Positions 1 to 18,268 are shown, counted from the stretch's first letter. The stretch: DNA of 64,000 nt from the human T2T-CHM13v2.0 reference genome, Homo sapiens (GCF_009914755.1 NC_060929.1); one strand, 5' to 3'. Numbers and translations: made by a program. Notes: a model not told the origin generated them from the letters alone.

Positions 1-1916
<1,916 letters not shown>

Positions 1917-2174
1917 TCATTGTCATCACATCACATTTCTGCTCTGTACAGCTAAAGCCAGACAAAATCAAGAATGAAATCTACAAAAATCTAAGGAAAA
2001 GAAAACATTGCAACCCAACAATACTATTCTTAAGTAATCTATTTTCCCATGGAAAAAAAAAAAGAAACCTGTTCCGACAGGCAAGGACTTTGAAAGAATG
2101 CCATCTACATTCTCTTCCTAAATGAAATGCCCCCATCACCTGAAAATAAACCAAAAATCTAAAGAATGAGGAGG

Positions 2175-2682
<508 letters not shown>

Positions 2683-3225
2683 CTATGAGTTTGATTATTC
2701 TAGGTACCTGATAAAAGTGGAATCATACAATTTTTTGTGTGTGTGTCTGGCTTATTTGACTCAGCATAATGACTTAAGTAAGGTTCATCCATGTTGTAGC
2801 ATGCATCAGAATTCCATTCCTTCTTAAAGCTGAATAACATTCCATTGCACAGATGTACCACATTCGTTTATTCATCCACTGATGAGCACATGGGTTGTTT
2901 CCACCTATTGGCTTCTATAAATAATGCTGCTACGAACACTGATGTAGAAATATCTGTTCAAGTATCTCCTTTCAACTGTTGTCTGTATATACCCAAAAGG
3001 AGAATGGTGGATTATGTGATAATTCCATTTTTAGTTTTTTAAGGAACCACCATACTGTTTTCCACAGTAACTGTACCATTTTACATTCCCACCAGCAATG
3101 CATAAGAGTTCTTATTTCTCTACCCTCACCAACACTTACAATTTTGTTTTCTTGATAATAACCATCCTAATGGTGTAAAGTGATCTTACTATGGTTTTGA
3201 TTTCCATTTTCCTAATAATTAGTGA

Positions 3226-4075
<850 letters not shown>

Positions 4076-4554
4076 TGATGCACACAAGTTTTAATTTTGA
4101 TAAAATCCAAATAATCTACTTTTTTTTTACTGTTCTTGTTTTAGTGTTGTATCTAAGAATCCTATGCCAAATCCAATGTCATGAAGCTTTTTCTCTATGC
4201 TTTCTTCTAAGAGTTTTATAGTTTTAGCTCTTACATTTAGGTCTTTGATCCATTTTGGTTTATTTTTATTTATGGTGTGATACAGAAAGAAATCCAACAC
4301 CATTTTCTTGCATATATATATAATCCAGTTTCCCCAACATTATTTGTTGAAAAGACTGTCCTTTCCCAATTGATTGATCTGGCACCATTACCAAAAATCA
4401 TTTGACCATTTACGTCAGGGTTGATTTCTGAGCTCCCTATTGTGTTCCATTGGTCTATACGTTGTCCGTCTTTATTCCAGTACCACAATGTCTTCACTAC
4501 TATGCTTTGTCATAGGTTTTGAAATCAGGAAGTATGAGACATTCAATTTTGTTC

Positions 4555-4841
4555 TTTTTTTTTTTTTTTGAGACAGGGTTTTGAGATGGGGTCTCGCTCT
4601 GTTGCCCAGGCTGGAGTGCAGTGGCATGAACACAGCTCACTCCAAGCGATACCACAACCTCAGCCTCCCAAGCAGCTGGGACCACAGGCACAGGTAGTAA
4701 TTTTTTTCTTATTATTAGTTTTGTGGAGACAAGGTCTTGCCATGTAGTCTAGGCTGGTCTAAAACTCCTGGGCTCAAATGATCCTCCTGCCTCAGCTTCC
4801 CAAAGTGCTGGGATTACAAGCGTGAGCCACTGTGCCCAGCC
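4555..4841 (-). mobile_element. AluJ
   Basis: Diverged Alu; TSD AATTTTG(T/C)TCTTTTT. Confidence 0.85.
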
Positions 4842-5698
4842 AATTTTGCTCTTTTTCAAGGTTGTTTTGGCTATTCAGGGACTCATGGGATTCTATATAA
4901 ATTTTAGGATGAATTTTTTTCTATTTTTGCCATGCACATCATTGGCATTTTGATAGGAATTGCATTGAATATACAGATCATTTTGACATCTTAACAATAT
5001 TAGTCTTCCAACCCAGAAACATAGATGTCTTTCCATTTATTTGTGTCTTCTTTAATTTTTCTCAGTAATGTTTCAGTGTACAAGTCTTTCATCTCCTTGG
5101 TTAAGCTTATTCCTGAATATTTTATTCTTTTTGATGCTATTATAAATGAATATTTGTTTAATTTTATTTTCAAATTGTTCATTGTTAATGTGTAGAAATG
5201 CAAGTCATTTTGGTGTGTTGCTTTTCTATCCTGCAACTTTGGTAAACTTGCGTATTGGTTCTAACAGTTTTTTGTGGAATCTTTAGGGTTTTCTACATAT
5301 AAGATGATGTGAATAAAAATAATTTTACTTCTTCCTTTTCCATTTGGATGTCTTTTATTTCTTTTTCTTGCATGATTGTTCTGGCTAAAATTTCCAATAC
5401 TGTGTTGCACAGAAGTGGTAAAAGCAAGCATCCTTGTTTCTGACCTTGGAGTAAAAGATTTCAGTCTTTCACTACTGAGTGTGATGCTAGTTTTGGGTTT
5501 TCCACACCTGCTCTTTAACAGATAGGTTGAGGTAGTTTCCTCCTATTCCTAGTTTGTTGAGTACTTTTATCATCAAAGTGTATTAAATTTTGTCAAATCT
5601 TTCTCCGAATAAATTGAGATGATTGTGAGGGATTTTTCCCTTTCCTTCTGTTAATGTGGTATATTACAATGACTGAATTTTGTGTTATTTTTAAATTA

Positions 5699-6048
5699 CA
5701 GTCGTGCCATGTTTTGGTCAAGGAGGGACCACATATATAATCTTATTGTAAGATTATAATACTGTATCTTTACTGTAACTTTCTATGTTTAGATACGTTT
5801 AGATACACAAATACTTACCATTGTGTTACAACTGCCTACAGTATTCAGTACAGTAACATGCTGTACAGATTTATAGCCTAGGAAGAATAGACTATGCCAT
5901 ATAGCCTAAGTGTGTAGTAAGCTTGTGTAAGTATACTAGGTTGTGTAAGTACTCTATGAGGTTCACACCAACAAACTGCCTAAGGATGCATTTCTCAGAA
6001 AGCATCCCTGTCATTCAGCGATGCATGACTCTAAGTGATGCATGACTG
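5699..6048 (+). mobile_element. Tigger3a/MER7A-like DNA transposon MITE
   Basis: CAGTC...GACTG termini, TA TSD on both sides, internal sequence matches the recalled consensus. Confidence 0.8.
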
Positions 6049-6687
6049 TATTGAATAATAATCTAGATCCAAAAATTCACATAATTTTTAAACCCAGTTT
6101 TTTGAAAAAGGATGAAATTATGTTTAATTTTTAATTTCCACTGGTCATTCTTCAAAGCAATAAAGATGAGATAAAAGTTCAGAATTTTGAATTTACAGAA
6201 AACTGCTAGTTAATTCACAGGTAACAAAAACAGAGAGAAAAGGTTTCAAAGGGTTTCAGACCCAACAGTAACTCTTAAGAATCAACAGTCAAGAATAAAT
6301 GGAGATACAGAAAGTTAACTGACCCTTATTTTGTATTCCAGAGACTACATTGGAGCAAAGCTGATAGAAAACCCACTAAAGTTCTATAGGTGTCACATCA
6401 CCAGTAAAACCTCAGGCCTGATAATCAGGAATTCATCCTGATGCACACTAATACTGCAGAAAAATCTTGGTCTTTTAAACAATTTCCAACCCAATAATTT
6501 TTTAAAAGATGCAAGCAACAGCCCCAAGTTGAATCCTTTAAAGCATACATAGAACCAAAGCATTGTTATTGAAGGAAGAAAGGGAAAGAACAAGGGATAA
6601 ACAGTCCGTCTGGAAAGATTTATACAAAACTATTTATTACAGTCATTAACTCAAAACAGTATACCACCTGACTCAGCTAATTCTCCT

Positions 6688-8155
6688 GTTTTGACAAAAA
6701 TTTTAAGCATCATAGATCAATTGTAATTTTTCCAGTTGGCTTATTAAAATTTCTTTCCATGGTTTCTGCTTGCATTCCTGCAGGGCATAGACCTGCACTA
6801 CCATGCAAAGTAGGGACTGCCCTTATTTATTTCTTTAAACTATGGCTCTTACATCCCATTAAGGTAATTTATTTCACTAAATCCCTGGATACTATTTAAA
6901 ATTTCTGTCAAAGCATTAATAACTCTTTTACTGTCAGTTATAAATTTATAGGAAAGTGAAAAAATAATAAAAATCAATATTTAGTATACTATAACTTAAA
7001 ACGTTGGAAAAATTGAAAATTAACTTGGCCAGGCACATTGGCTCACACCTATAATCCCAGCACTTTGAAAGGCTGAGGTGGGAAGATCAAGTAAAACCAA
7101 GAGTTCTACACCAGCCTGGGCAATATAGCAAGACCCTGTCTCTACAAAAAATAAAAATAAAAAAATTAGCTGGGCATAGTGGTACACATCTGTAGTCCCT
7201 GCTACTCAGAAGGCTGAGGTGGGAGGATCGCTTGGGCTCAGGAGTTCAAAGCTGCAATGTGTTACAACTGCACAACTGTACTCCAGCCTGGACAACAGAG
7301 CAAGACCCTGTCTCTAAAAAAACAAAAAAAAAGGCAAAGAAAATGAACTTATCAAGAGTGGTTTGAACAGAACTTGTTCTCTTATCAGTGTTTAACTCAT
7401 GATACTGAGGAAGAATCTTTCGTATTCCTCAGTAAATTATCATGCTCCTTTCTAAGTCTGGATCAGCTTCCAACATTTTACCCTTTGCATTTTCAATGTT
7501 CTCAACTATCTCCTAGAGTTCCTTTAATGAATGTGAGGTCTTCTGACAGCATCACTTCCTCTGAGACAGCTTCATGCTCTTCAACAAAATCACTTTCATC
7601 ATTTATGTTGGTTGAAAATCTCACCTTACCAAGTTCCTCCAGCTATAAATTCAGTCTCTTAAAAACGTGTAATGTCAGTAGTTCCACAGCCAGCTACTTC
7701 TGTATAACTTCATTTATATTCTACCTGATTTTCATTACATGTTATCACTTTTCATTTCTTTGCTGTATTTTCACTTTGTTGGGCAAATGCCTCTTTCAAT
7801 TATTCATTTCTGTAAAATGTCACATGTGTTTCTTACTGGGAGACAAAGAGGCAACACAACTACATGCTTTGTTGTCTGTGCATAAACTGAGTAACAGATG
7901 CACAGTGACCAATCACTGACAGATTTTGAAAGAAGTGACATGATTGATCATGGATCATGATACATGTTTGTAATTTACATAGTTATTTGTAGAATGAAGA
8001 GCTAGCAGTCAAGTTTGTACATTATCCAAGTACACAATTAATACACCATGGTAAATGAAATTTGAACCATATTGTTAGGGGATTGGTGTCACTTAACTAA
8101 ACTGTAGTAACTGAAATTCATATGTATAAAAGCCATGCAAAGCAAGAACTGCCTG
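6688..8155 (-). mobile_element. Tigger6a-like DNA transposon, split by AluJ, with its terminal ~135 bp (6688-6823) inverted
   Basis: TIR-like ccatgcaaagcaagaactgcctg at 8133-8155 and a direct-orientation copy at 6801-6823. Body matches the recalled Tigger6a consensus on the minus strand. Confidence 0.7.
7027..7332 (+). mobile_element. AluJ
   Basis: Diverged dimeric Alu with A tail. Confidence 0.85.
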
Positions 8156-9392
8156 CCCATAAATACTCCTATGTATAGAGCATAACATTAACAAATCAAA
8201 AATTTACAATGGAATCCTCAAAATTGCCCCCATACTGCCAAATGACATAAACATGAAAGCAAGGATCAAGTCACTTACAGATGTCCTACAGATACAATTA
8301 GAACTTGACTTTAATATATTTGATTTTCATACCACCTCACTTTTTAACAGAGCATGCTGATACCTGTTATTTGGACTTTAATATATCAAGAAAGGAAAAG
8401 AGATCTGAAGCTCTCATACGATGGCACTGCCTGCTGGAAAACAGTATTGTTTTAGTTGTGTCATCGCCTTATTACAGTAGTTTATTTAAGCAATTATGCA
8501 AATGTATTCAATTTTGACCTTATTATATAAAATTAAGTGGAAAATAGAATCAGCAATGGTGGTGATAAAAAGGATAGTGTTAATAAGAAAAATCAGTTTT
8601 ATGAATTTGATTCCAGTGAAACAAAAGCAAAACTCCTGAGCATCAGATAGTCAGTGGAATTAAGCAAGTTTTTTCTCTGTGAATGTGGAAAATCAAATGA
8701 GTACGTACAGAGAGTGCAACATAAATTGCAAAACTATTTTACTAAAGATGGTATATACAACTAGAACCCTGGAAAAATAAAAAATTAAAATTAAAACATT
8801 AAAAATAATTAAGGAACTATATTATATCTTTAATTCTCTGGCAATAGAATCCTCATAACTTATTAATCAATTGTTTATGTTTTGCTTTACAGCTGAACAC
8901 TGGTGAATGCTCTTATATTTAATAATATTTATTAGAAGTTCTAGGCTTCTAAAGTGAATAAAGTGTTTCTATTGGTAGTAAGAGAATTTAAAAAACAGAT
9001 GAAAGTATGCTCAGAACATTTAGGCTGTGAAAGGACAAAAAAAATCATTCTTTAGTATCCCTCTGTGTAGGAAGTCAAAATAGCTTGTATATCATCTTAT
9101 TTTGTCTTCAAAATGACTAACTACCTCATTCTCATAGTAGAAATACCTTGAAATTAGATACAGGGAAATTAAAACAGAGAAAAGATAAAATTAAAACCTA
9201 AGTTTCTTGATTTTTGACACTTCAGTAATGTACTTTTTTCTTTAACATTTTTGGACAGGAAATTCTAAGTTAATATTAAGGGCAAACAGAATATTAGACT
9301 TGGTATTTAACATATTTTTATATATATATATAATAATATGATCACTGCTTGTCCATTTTTCCAAAATTGAAGTAAATGAGTATTTTACCTAC

Positions 9393-9468
9393 CCCAACAA
9401 TCCGCTTCATAGCATCCAGTTTAGCAGAATCTTTGTTGCTCTCTAACATTTGCTTTAGATCTTCATTC
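9393..9468 (-). CDS. AP3B1: AP3B1 exon 2 (76 nt, (K)NEDLKQMLESNKDSAKLDAMKRIVG)
   Basis: Polypyrimidine tract then TAATAG|G acceptor at 9469, and GGG|GTAGGT donor at 9392. Phase 2 matches exon 1 (AA|G = Lys43); 128+76 = 204 nt = 68 codons continuing the AP3B1 sequence. Confidence 0.96.
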
Positions 9469-9580
9469 CTATTACAAAAGAGAAGAAAAAAAATCCATAC
9501 TTTGATTTTTATATTAGATAGCTTAAAATATATCATTTTCATAAGAATTAGAAGTAATATCATGGGCAATGTTAAATAAC

Positions 9581-9753
9581 TGCAGCAAGAAGGTGGCCAT
9601 CTGCAGGCCAGAGAGAAAGGCCTCAGCAGAAACCAAACCCGCCAACACCTTGATCTTGTACTCCCAGGCATTAATTGTGAAAAAATTAATTTCTGCTGAT
9701 TAAGCCACCCAGTCTGTGGCATTTTGTTATGGCAGCTCTAGCAAACTAATACA
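9581..9753 (+). mobile_element. MLT1 (MaLR) LTR 3' fragment
   Basis: Ends ...gttatggcagctctagcaaactaataca, a typical MLT1 terminus. Confidence 0.75.
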
Positions 9754-11542
9754 AGGGTTAAATGTTACAAACTGTCATTGCAAGAAAAAAATAAGTAAAA
9801 GCTAAGCACATTTTTTTCAAAAGGAATAAATGCAATGAAATTTATTATGAAAAAAATGAGCCTTACTTTCCAAACAGCTCATAAAATTAAATGCAATGGT
9901 GACCAGTAGAGAAGACAAAATACAATTAAATAATTAAAACACCTACTTCTTCCTAATTAAAAATACAGCTTGAAAATATTTAAACAGTAGAGGTAGTAAT
10001 AAATAAAAACTGTCTCTGAGAACATACAACTACTACACATACTATAAATGTTCACCTTAAGGAATTTAGGATCCCTGCATAAAACTTTTCAGGCTCTTTC
10101 AGATTTCACAGGTAACAGAAAAGGGAGAGAAATTAATGGAACTATATATGTAACTGTATTTTGTTCTTCTACTTTTTGCTGTATTTTCCTATTTACTTAA
10201 TGACTATGTATACTTTTATAATGAAAAACCTAAACCCTAAAAGAAACCTTAAAAAAATCTTACTGAAGTTAGGTAAGAAAAAAAAAGAATTCGATAGGAA
10301 CTAAATAGAAAGGAAATGTGGTCACACATACACACATGCCAAAAAAGAAAACAATTTTCTCCTGCTTGTTCCCCTTTTCTGTTCCCCAAAGTGTCCCATT
10401 ATTCTCCTCTACCAGTTTTATCTGGAGAGAGAAGTGAGCAATGAAGAGGAATGAAGTGTCAATTTTTAGAACAGCCCAACCTCTAATTCCAGGCATAGTC
10501 TTACTCGTAAACTAATGGAAACTTGGTTTGCTCATCTAAAGCCCAAATTCCCAGAGTGCCCAGAACAAGCACCTGCTCTCTGAAACTAAAAACAAGAAAA
10601 CAGAATCTCAATATTAAAGGTAAAGGTTTTGCTCTTCATGGTTAACAGAAAAGCTAGTCTTCAACAACAAATACTGCATTAATATAGGAAGAGAAACTAA
10701 TAATTCTGAGGTTCAGGGAAGAGACAAGAAAAATCCTAGGCACTGTTTCAACCTGATGTAATATGCAGCTTCTCACGTATGTCATAAGGATCTATTTAAA
10801 ATTCTGATATAAATTACATGTTTCTTCCCAAATTCCTCTTTGCCTGTCACCAAAACAGTAAAGATTTAGGAAAGTTAATACCATAACACCTACTTTACCC
10901 TCAAAATACATTAACTTTTATTAAGTTCTTTTAGGTCTACCTTCTTCATTACGTAGATTCAAATATGATCAGTTAACATGTATTACTGCATAAATCTTAG
11001 ATACTATTTTGCTAAATATCAATATTTGAGTCAAAATAATGCTGAATTAGCAATATTTTCCTCAACTCTTTGCTGAAAACCAATAGTTGTTTCAAATATA
11101 TTCATTTTTAATTTACCTGTGTCTTCATTTACCTAGTTACCTGTAGCTTTCTAGCTTTGAGTATTAGGATACCAACTTTATTTTTACATAAGTGACATCT
11201 TGTGGTGTTAAATGGTATAACTTTTCCTTTCATGTTCAAAATAGGCCAGTTTTAAGTTTCAAAGGACAGAGAAGAATATATAACTGAACATTTAAGGCAA
11301 ATCTTACTATTACCAGGAAAGTCATTCTTATTTTAGCCCCAGAATGAACTAGTAACTATAACTGAAAAATAAAGTTTACCAGTTATATATAAGAACTAGG
11401 GATGTGTTAGGGCTATTATGTAGTGTAAATTACCTCTCTTTTTAATCAATCTATAATCCATAACTCATTAAAACCTTCTACTCCTTCTAAAGACAACATA
11501 AATTAAGGGGAAAATTAAGACTATGTAGTACTGTACACTATA

Positions 11543-12200
<658 letters not shown>

Positions 12201-12669
12201 CACTACAAAGTTACCTTCTTTTTCCTCAAAATTATGGTACACCAAAATTTATATACCATAGAAAGCAACACCTAAAACTTACATCCAGGAAATCATGGAC
12301 TGGAAAAGTGATAAGGAATAGCAATTTCCAATCAGAGATACATGCCCAAAAAAGGATGTATAAAAATATTCAACGAAGTGAAGGTTGGACCTTTATGGAG
12401 CCCTACCAAAAAATTCCAAAACACAGGCACCTCTTTAGGCATAGAGAACCACTCCAATAAAAGATGCTACTATCCAAGTGGTGCGCTGCAAATATGAATG
12501 GATATGCAGAAAAAACGCTGGAAACAGAGTCAGAACTTACCATTTCCCAGTGCTATGTAGCCAAAGGGAGTGGCCCTCATAATAATAATGTTTTTGTGCA
12601 AAACATTAAGGCTTAGGAACATTTTCAGTTCACTTAGGATCTAAGCTTCCCTTGCAGAGTGCTCAGAAC

Positions 12670-12912
12670 TTTGGCTCTTTCTGTTGACATCTGATACCCA
12701 TGACCACTACTCTTTCATCTTGAAATTCCCTCCTCCTTTTGATTCTGTAGCTCTATTCTCATCTGGTTCTCCATTCGCATTTGTGACATAGCAATGAACA
12801 AAAATGACAGAAAAACCCTTGCCCTCATAGGGATTTCATTCTATTAAGTAAAAGAAACAACAAACATAATAAGTAAGAAATTTTTAAGTCATGAGGTAAT
12901 ATAGGGGGAAAA
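12670..12912 (+). repeat. 243-bp interspersed direct duplication, copy 1 (partner 14280-14522)
   Basis: Hand alignment gives ~15 substitutions and 2 single-base indels. Confidence 0.92.
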
Positions 12913-13013
12913 CTTTTGGCACAAAGCCTCCACTTAATAAATGCAACAGTGAATAGAAACAAAAAACTCCATTGCTAGTGTCTTTACCTGCTCACCCATC
13001 TATTAACTTTCTA

Positions 13014-13315
<302 letters not shown>

Positions 13316-13541
13316 ACTTTCTAAAAGTCAGAATCATAAATTATCCAAATAAATATGAATATTCCTCCTATACTGTTCACAAGATTAAAAAGAAAAAAGC
13401 CTACAGACCCTTCCTCAACTCTTGGTAATCTCATTTACCTTTAATTTAAAATGTCTCTCACACAGGGTAACAAACAACGTCTTAATTTAAAAATCCAAGG
13501 TAAAATCTCATGAATAGTTTCAGATTATTCCTCTGTACTTG

Positions 13542-14299
13542 TGAGGACTAAACTCTGACTTTTTTCTCTCTTGCCCAAATTCCTAAGGGGCCTGAGGAGT
13601 CCTGCCCTACAAACCATAAATTCTCATCAGATGGATTTTAATTTAACCCTACGTAACGTGGCTTACTTTCCAACCTGACTATAGCATAACGTCACATGAC
13701 ATATAAAGAAGGCAATCAAAATATTTTACCCCAAAATATGCTTCTTTGCCATATTTTTGAACCGGCCCTGCAAAGCAGCCTTTTGTGGAAGAAAATCTGC
13801 ATCTGTAAAGGATCTCTACAGAGTTTCCCCTTCCAGGCTCTAACAATTCTAAAGAGATTAACTGAGAGTCCAGCACTTTTAAAGATTTGAATAGGAAACA
13901 TTTGCCATCCATTGTCTCTAAAGGCAGCCACCTAAGAGACTTCATAAGAATCTTGGTTTCTACAGCCCTTTATCCTAACCCAGCCACACCTTTCTCTTGA
14001 TCCCAGGTTTTTCAATAACAACTTAACTCTTTCAAGTAATTGCCAATCAGAAAATCTTTAAATCCACCTGTAACCTGTAAGCCCCCTGCTTCAAGCTGTC
14101 ATGCCTTTCCCAACTGAGCCAATGTATACCTCACATGTACTAACTGATGTCTTACGTCTCCTTAAAAATATAAAATCAAGTTGTAACCCAACCACCTTGG
14201 GCACAGGTTCTCAGGATCTCTTGAGGTCATGGTCACTCATATGTGGCTCAGAATAAACCTCTTCAATTATTTTACAAAGTTTGGCTCTTTCTGTTGACA
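13542..14299 (+). mobile_element. MER4D/E-family ERV1 solo LTR
   Basis: tgaggactaaactctg...aataaacctcttc...gttgaca; TG..CA ends and an AATAAA near the 3' end. Confidence 0.8.
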
Positions 14300-14522
14300 T
14301 CTGATACATATGACCATTACTCTTCCATCTTGAAATTCCCTCCTCCTTTAGATTCTGAAGCTCTATTCTCATCTGGTTCTCCATTCGCATCTGTGACACA
14401 GCAATGAACAAAAGTGATAGGAAAAACCCTTGCCCTCATAGGGATTTCATTCTATTAAGTAAAAGAAACAACAAACATAATAAATAAGACATTTTTAAGT
14501 CGTAAGGTGATATGGGGGAAAA
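14280..14522 (+). repeat. 243-bp interspersed direct duplication, copy 2 (probable donor)
   Basis: Contiguous with the LTR end on the left and with L2-like sequence on the right. Confidence 0.92.
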
Positions 14523-14884
14523 AAACAGAGGAAAAGGATACAGAAAGGAAAGAAGGAGGCAATTTTAATAGCACAGTTTGAGTAAATTTTAAAAGTGACA
14601 TCTGAACAAAGATTTTCAAATAAGAGAGTTAGTTATGCAGATATCATGGGGAGCAAAGGGGGACAGGGAGGATAAGCAGGTCAAATAACTCTAAAAGTTT
14701 TTGGTGTTAACTCTGAATAAATAAAGAACTGCAGGTTTTGAACACAGGAGAGTCATGATCTATTTAACAGGATCATTCTGGCTGCTACATTCAGAATATA
14801 CTGTAGGGACTTCCATATCTGTCCATGACACTGTAGCTTACAAAAAACTAAACCTGCCATAGAAAATAACTATAAAAGCTGAAA

Positions 14885-14962
14885 TACATACATATACACA
14901 CATATATGTATGCATATACATATACACACATATATGTATGCATATACATATACACACACACA
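14885..14962. repeat. TA/CA-rich minisatellite (28-bp unit, ~2.5 copies)
   Basis: tacatatacacacatatatgtatgcata repeated. Confidence 0.8.
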
Positions 14963-15020
14963 AGTACTCTTAAGGGGCCATGATCCTTGAAAGAAGAGAA
15001 GCACAAAAAGTGAGCCCCTA

Positions 15021-15320
15021 GGCCAGGACAGTGGCTCACACCTATTAATATAATCCCAGCAGTTTGGGAGGCCGAGGCTAGTGGATAGCTTGACCTCAGG
15101 AGTTTGAGACCAGCCTGGGCAACATGGTGAGACTCCATCTTTACTAAAAATACAAAAAGTAGCCAGGTGTGGTGACATGCGCCTGTAATCCCAGCTGCTC
15201 AGAGACACGGTGGGAGAATCTTGAGCACAAGAGGGTAAGACTGCAATGAACCATGATGATGCCACTGCACTGTGGCCTGGGTGACAGAGTAAGAACCTAT
15301 CTCTCTCAAGGGAAAAAAAG
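15021..15320 (+). mobile_element. AluJ
   Basis: Diverged dimeric Alu. Confidence 0.85.
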
Positions 15321-16539
15321 AGCTCCTCATTCACACCAGCTTTTTCCCTCAGTACATTTCCCAAATTGCCATGTGGGAGAACAGAACCCAAGGAGAAGTC
15401 ACAGTCTTAATAACTTGAGGAGACAAATGTTGAATTCCAGGGCTGCCACAATGACTGAGACTTGAAGGACAAAATTACAGAGGAGGGAACCAGAGACAAG
15501 GTACACAAAAATCTGTGTGCAAAATGTTGGCTGCAATTCCTAAGGCAAGACTCCAGGAAACACAACAAAAAACAGCAGCTGTCAAGTCTGTCCTCAGAAG
15601 AGAGGCTTTGGTGAATGCCCTGGACTTTCCATTAAGATTACTGAAGAGCCACACAGAGTGCTAAGGAAGATGCCCGAGGAGTATAAGAAAAAGTTCCATA
15701 AACAAGACCTTAAAAAGTCTAAAACTGAGCTTTGACAAGATCAGAATGATCTGCTTACATTCTATTTGCTTGGCTGGAAAAAAAAACAAAAACAAAAACC
15801 CAGCCCTGTATGGAAGAAGCTATCTCCCAAAGCTTCATCAATCATTTTTATCCTAAATACCTAGCATCTGATCAAAACTTACGAGACATACTAAAAACAG
15901 GATGAAATTACCCCCGCCCAAAAAAGAAAAAAAGGAAAAAAAAAAAAAAAAAACCAGGAGCAGATCCATGAGTGACTCAGATACCAGAGTTATCACACAG
16001 GGATTTTAAAATAATTACAATTAACATGGTCAGGAAAATGTAGAAGAGATGGACAAAACAGATGAAACAACACAGAAATCAACAATTAGTAGAATCCATA
16101 CAAAACAACCAAATGGACATTCAGAACTGAAAAGTATAGTATATGAAATTAAGAACTCATTAGATAGGTTTAATGGCAGACTGGAAATGGGAGAAAAAAA
16201 GGATTATCGAACTTGAAGGCAGGTCAAGAGAAAATATACAAATTGAAGCACAGAGAAATAAAAGAATGGAAAAAATAGAACAGAGCATCAGAGGCATATG
16301 AGATAAAGGTAAAATTTCTAACATACCTCTAATTAGAGTTCCAAAGAGAAAAGAGAGTATGAAACAAAAGCAGTATTTGAAGAGATAATGGTTAAGAATT
16401 GTTCTGAACCTATGAAAAACATAAACCCACATATTTAAAAATCTTAGAAAAAAAGGACAAACATAAAACTACACCAGGTACAGCATAGTCAAACTGCTGA
16501 AAACAAGAAACAATGAGAAAAATCTTAAAAGCATCCAGA

Positions 16540-16832
16540 GGCTGAGCATGGTGAATCATGCCTATAATCAAGCACTTTGGGAGGCCAATGCAAGAGGATT
16601 GCTTACGGCCAGGAGTTCAAGACCAGCCTGGGCACAACATAGTGAGGCCCAGTCTCTACAAAAAATATTTTTAAAAAATTAGCTGGGCATGATAGTGTGC
16701 ACCTATAATCCTAGCTACTCAGAAGGCTGACGCAAGAGGATTGTTTGAGCCCAGGAGTTCAAGGCTGCAGTGAGCTATGATTACACCACTGCACTCAGCC
16801 TGGGTGAGACCCTATCTTTTTTTAAAAAAAAA
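16540..16832 (+). mobile_element. AluJ
   Basis: TSD GCATCCAGA. Confidence 0.85.
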
Positions 16833-16856
16833 GGCATCCAGAAAATTACCTTGAGA

Positions 16857-17050
16857 CAGGAGTCAACAAACGTAAAGGGCCAGAAAGTAAATATTTTAAG
16901 TTTTACCAGCCATACCATCTCTGATGTAACTAGTCAACTCTGCTATTGCACAATGAAAGCATCTATAGATAATACAAAAACAAATGGGCATGGTTGTGTT
17001 CTAATAAAACTTTATGTACATAAACAGATGGGTGGTTTGCTGGTCCCTAC
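16857..17050 (+). mobile_element. MER58A-like hAT MITE
   Basis: aagggccag..gtaaatattttaag..aatgggcatggttgtgttctaataaaacttta. Confidence 0.7.
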
Positions 17051-17220
17051 CTTAAAAGGAATAACATTTCAACAGACATTATAAAGGCCAAAAGATATCG
17101 GAATGACATATTTAAAGGGCTGAAAGAGAAAAGAATGCCAACATAGAATTCCATACCCAGGATATTAAAAATATTCTTTATTTCACTAAAGGTGAAATAA
17201 AGTGGTTTTCAAACAAATAA

Positions 17221-17672
<452 letters not shown>

Positions 17673-17972
17673 ATGATTGGCAATTTTAACACACCTCTCA
17701 GTAACTGGCAGAACCAGGAAACGAAAAATTCAATAAAGGCGTAAAAAATTCGAACAACATAATTAAACAACTTAAACTTACAAGCATAGAACAATATATC
17801 CAACAACTGCAGAATAAACATTCTTTTCAATTGTACATAGGACATTTACCAAAATAGACTATATAAGGTTTCAACAAATTTGAAAGGTATAAGAATCAGG
17901 GTATGTGGAATCTAAATAGAAACCAATACTTAAAAAATAAAATAAAAACTAAAAAGTGCTCACATAATGGTA

Positions 17973-18268
17973 ATTTTTTTTTTTTGAGATAGGGTCTTGC
18001 TCTATTGCCCAGGCTGGAGTGCAGTAGTATGATCACAGCTCACTGCAGCCTCAAACTCCTAAGCTCATGAGATCCTCCCACCTCAGCCTCCCAAGTAGCT
18101 GGGGCTACAGGCATGTGCTACCTTGCCTGGCTAATGTTTTTTTATTTTTTGTAGAGATAGGGTCTCCCTATGTTGTCCAGGCTGATCTTGAACTTTTGAA
18201 CTCAAGCAATCCTCCCACCTCAGTCTCCAAAAATGCTAGGATTGCAAGTGTGAGCCACCATGCCAGCC
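17973..18268 (-). mobile_element. AluJ
   Basis: Diverged dimeric Alu. Confidence 0.85.

Noticed and set aside
7374-7919. 181-aa Ser-rich ORF
   Set aside because: Antisense read of a Tigger6a-like remnant; non-ATG start.
9342-9722. 126-aa ORF containing AP3B1 peptide
   Set aside because: Only 9393-9468 is exon; the rest is intron and MLT1 sequence.
6214-10132. Short match ttcacaggtaaca..gagagaaa at ~6214 and ~10105
   Set aside because: Only ~13 bp exact in AT-rich DNA and does not extend; may be chance.
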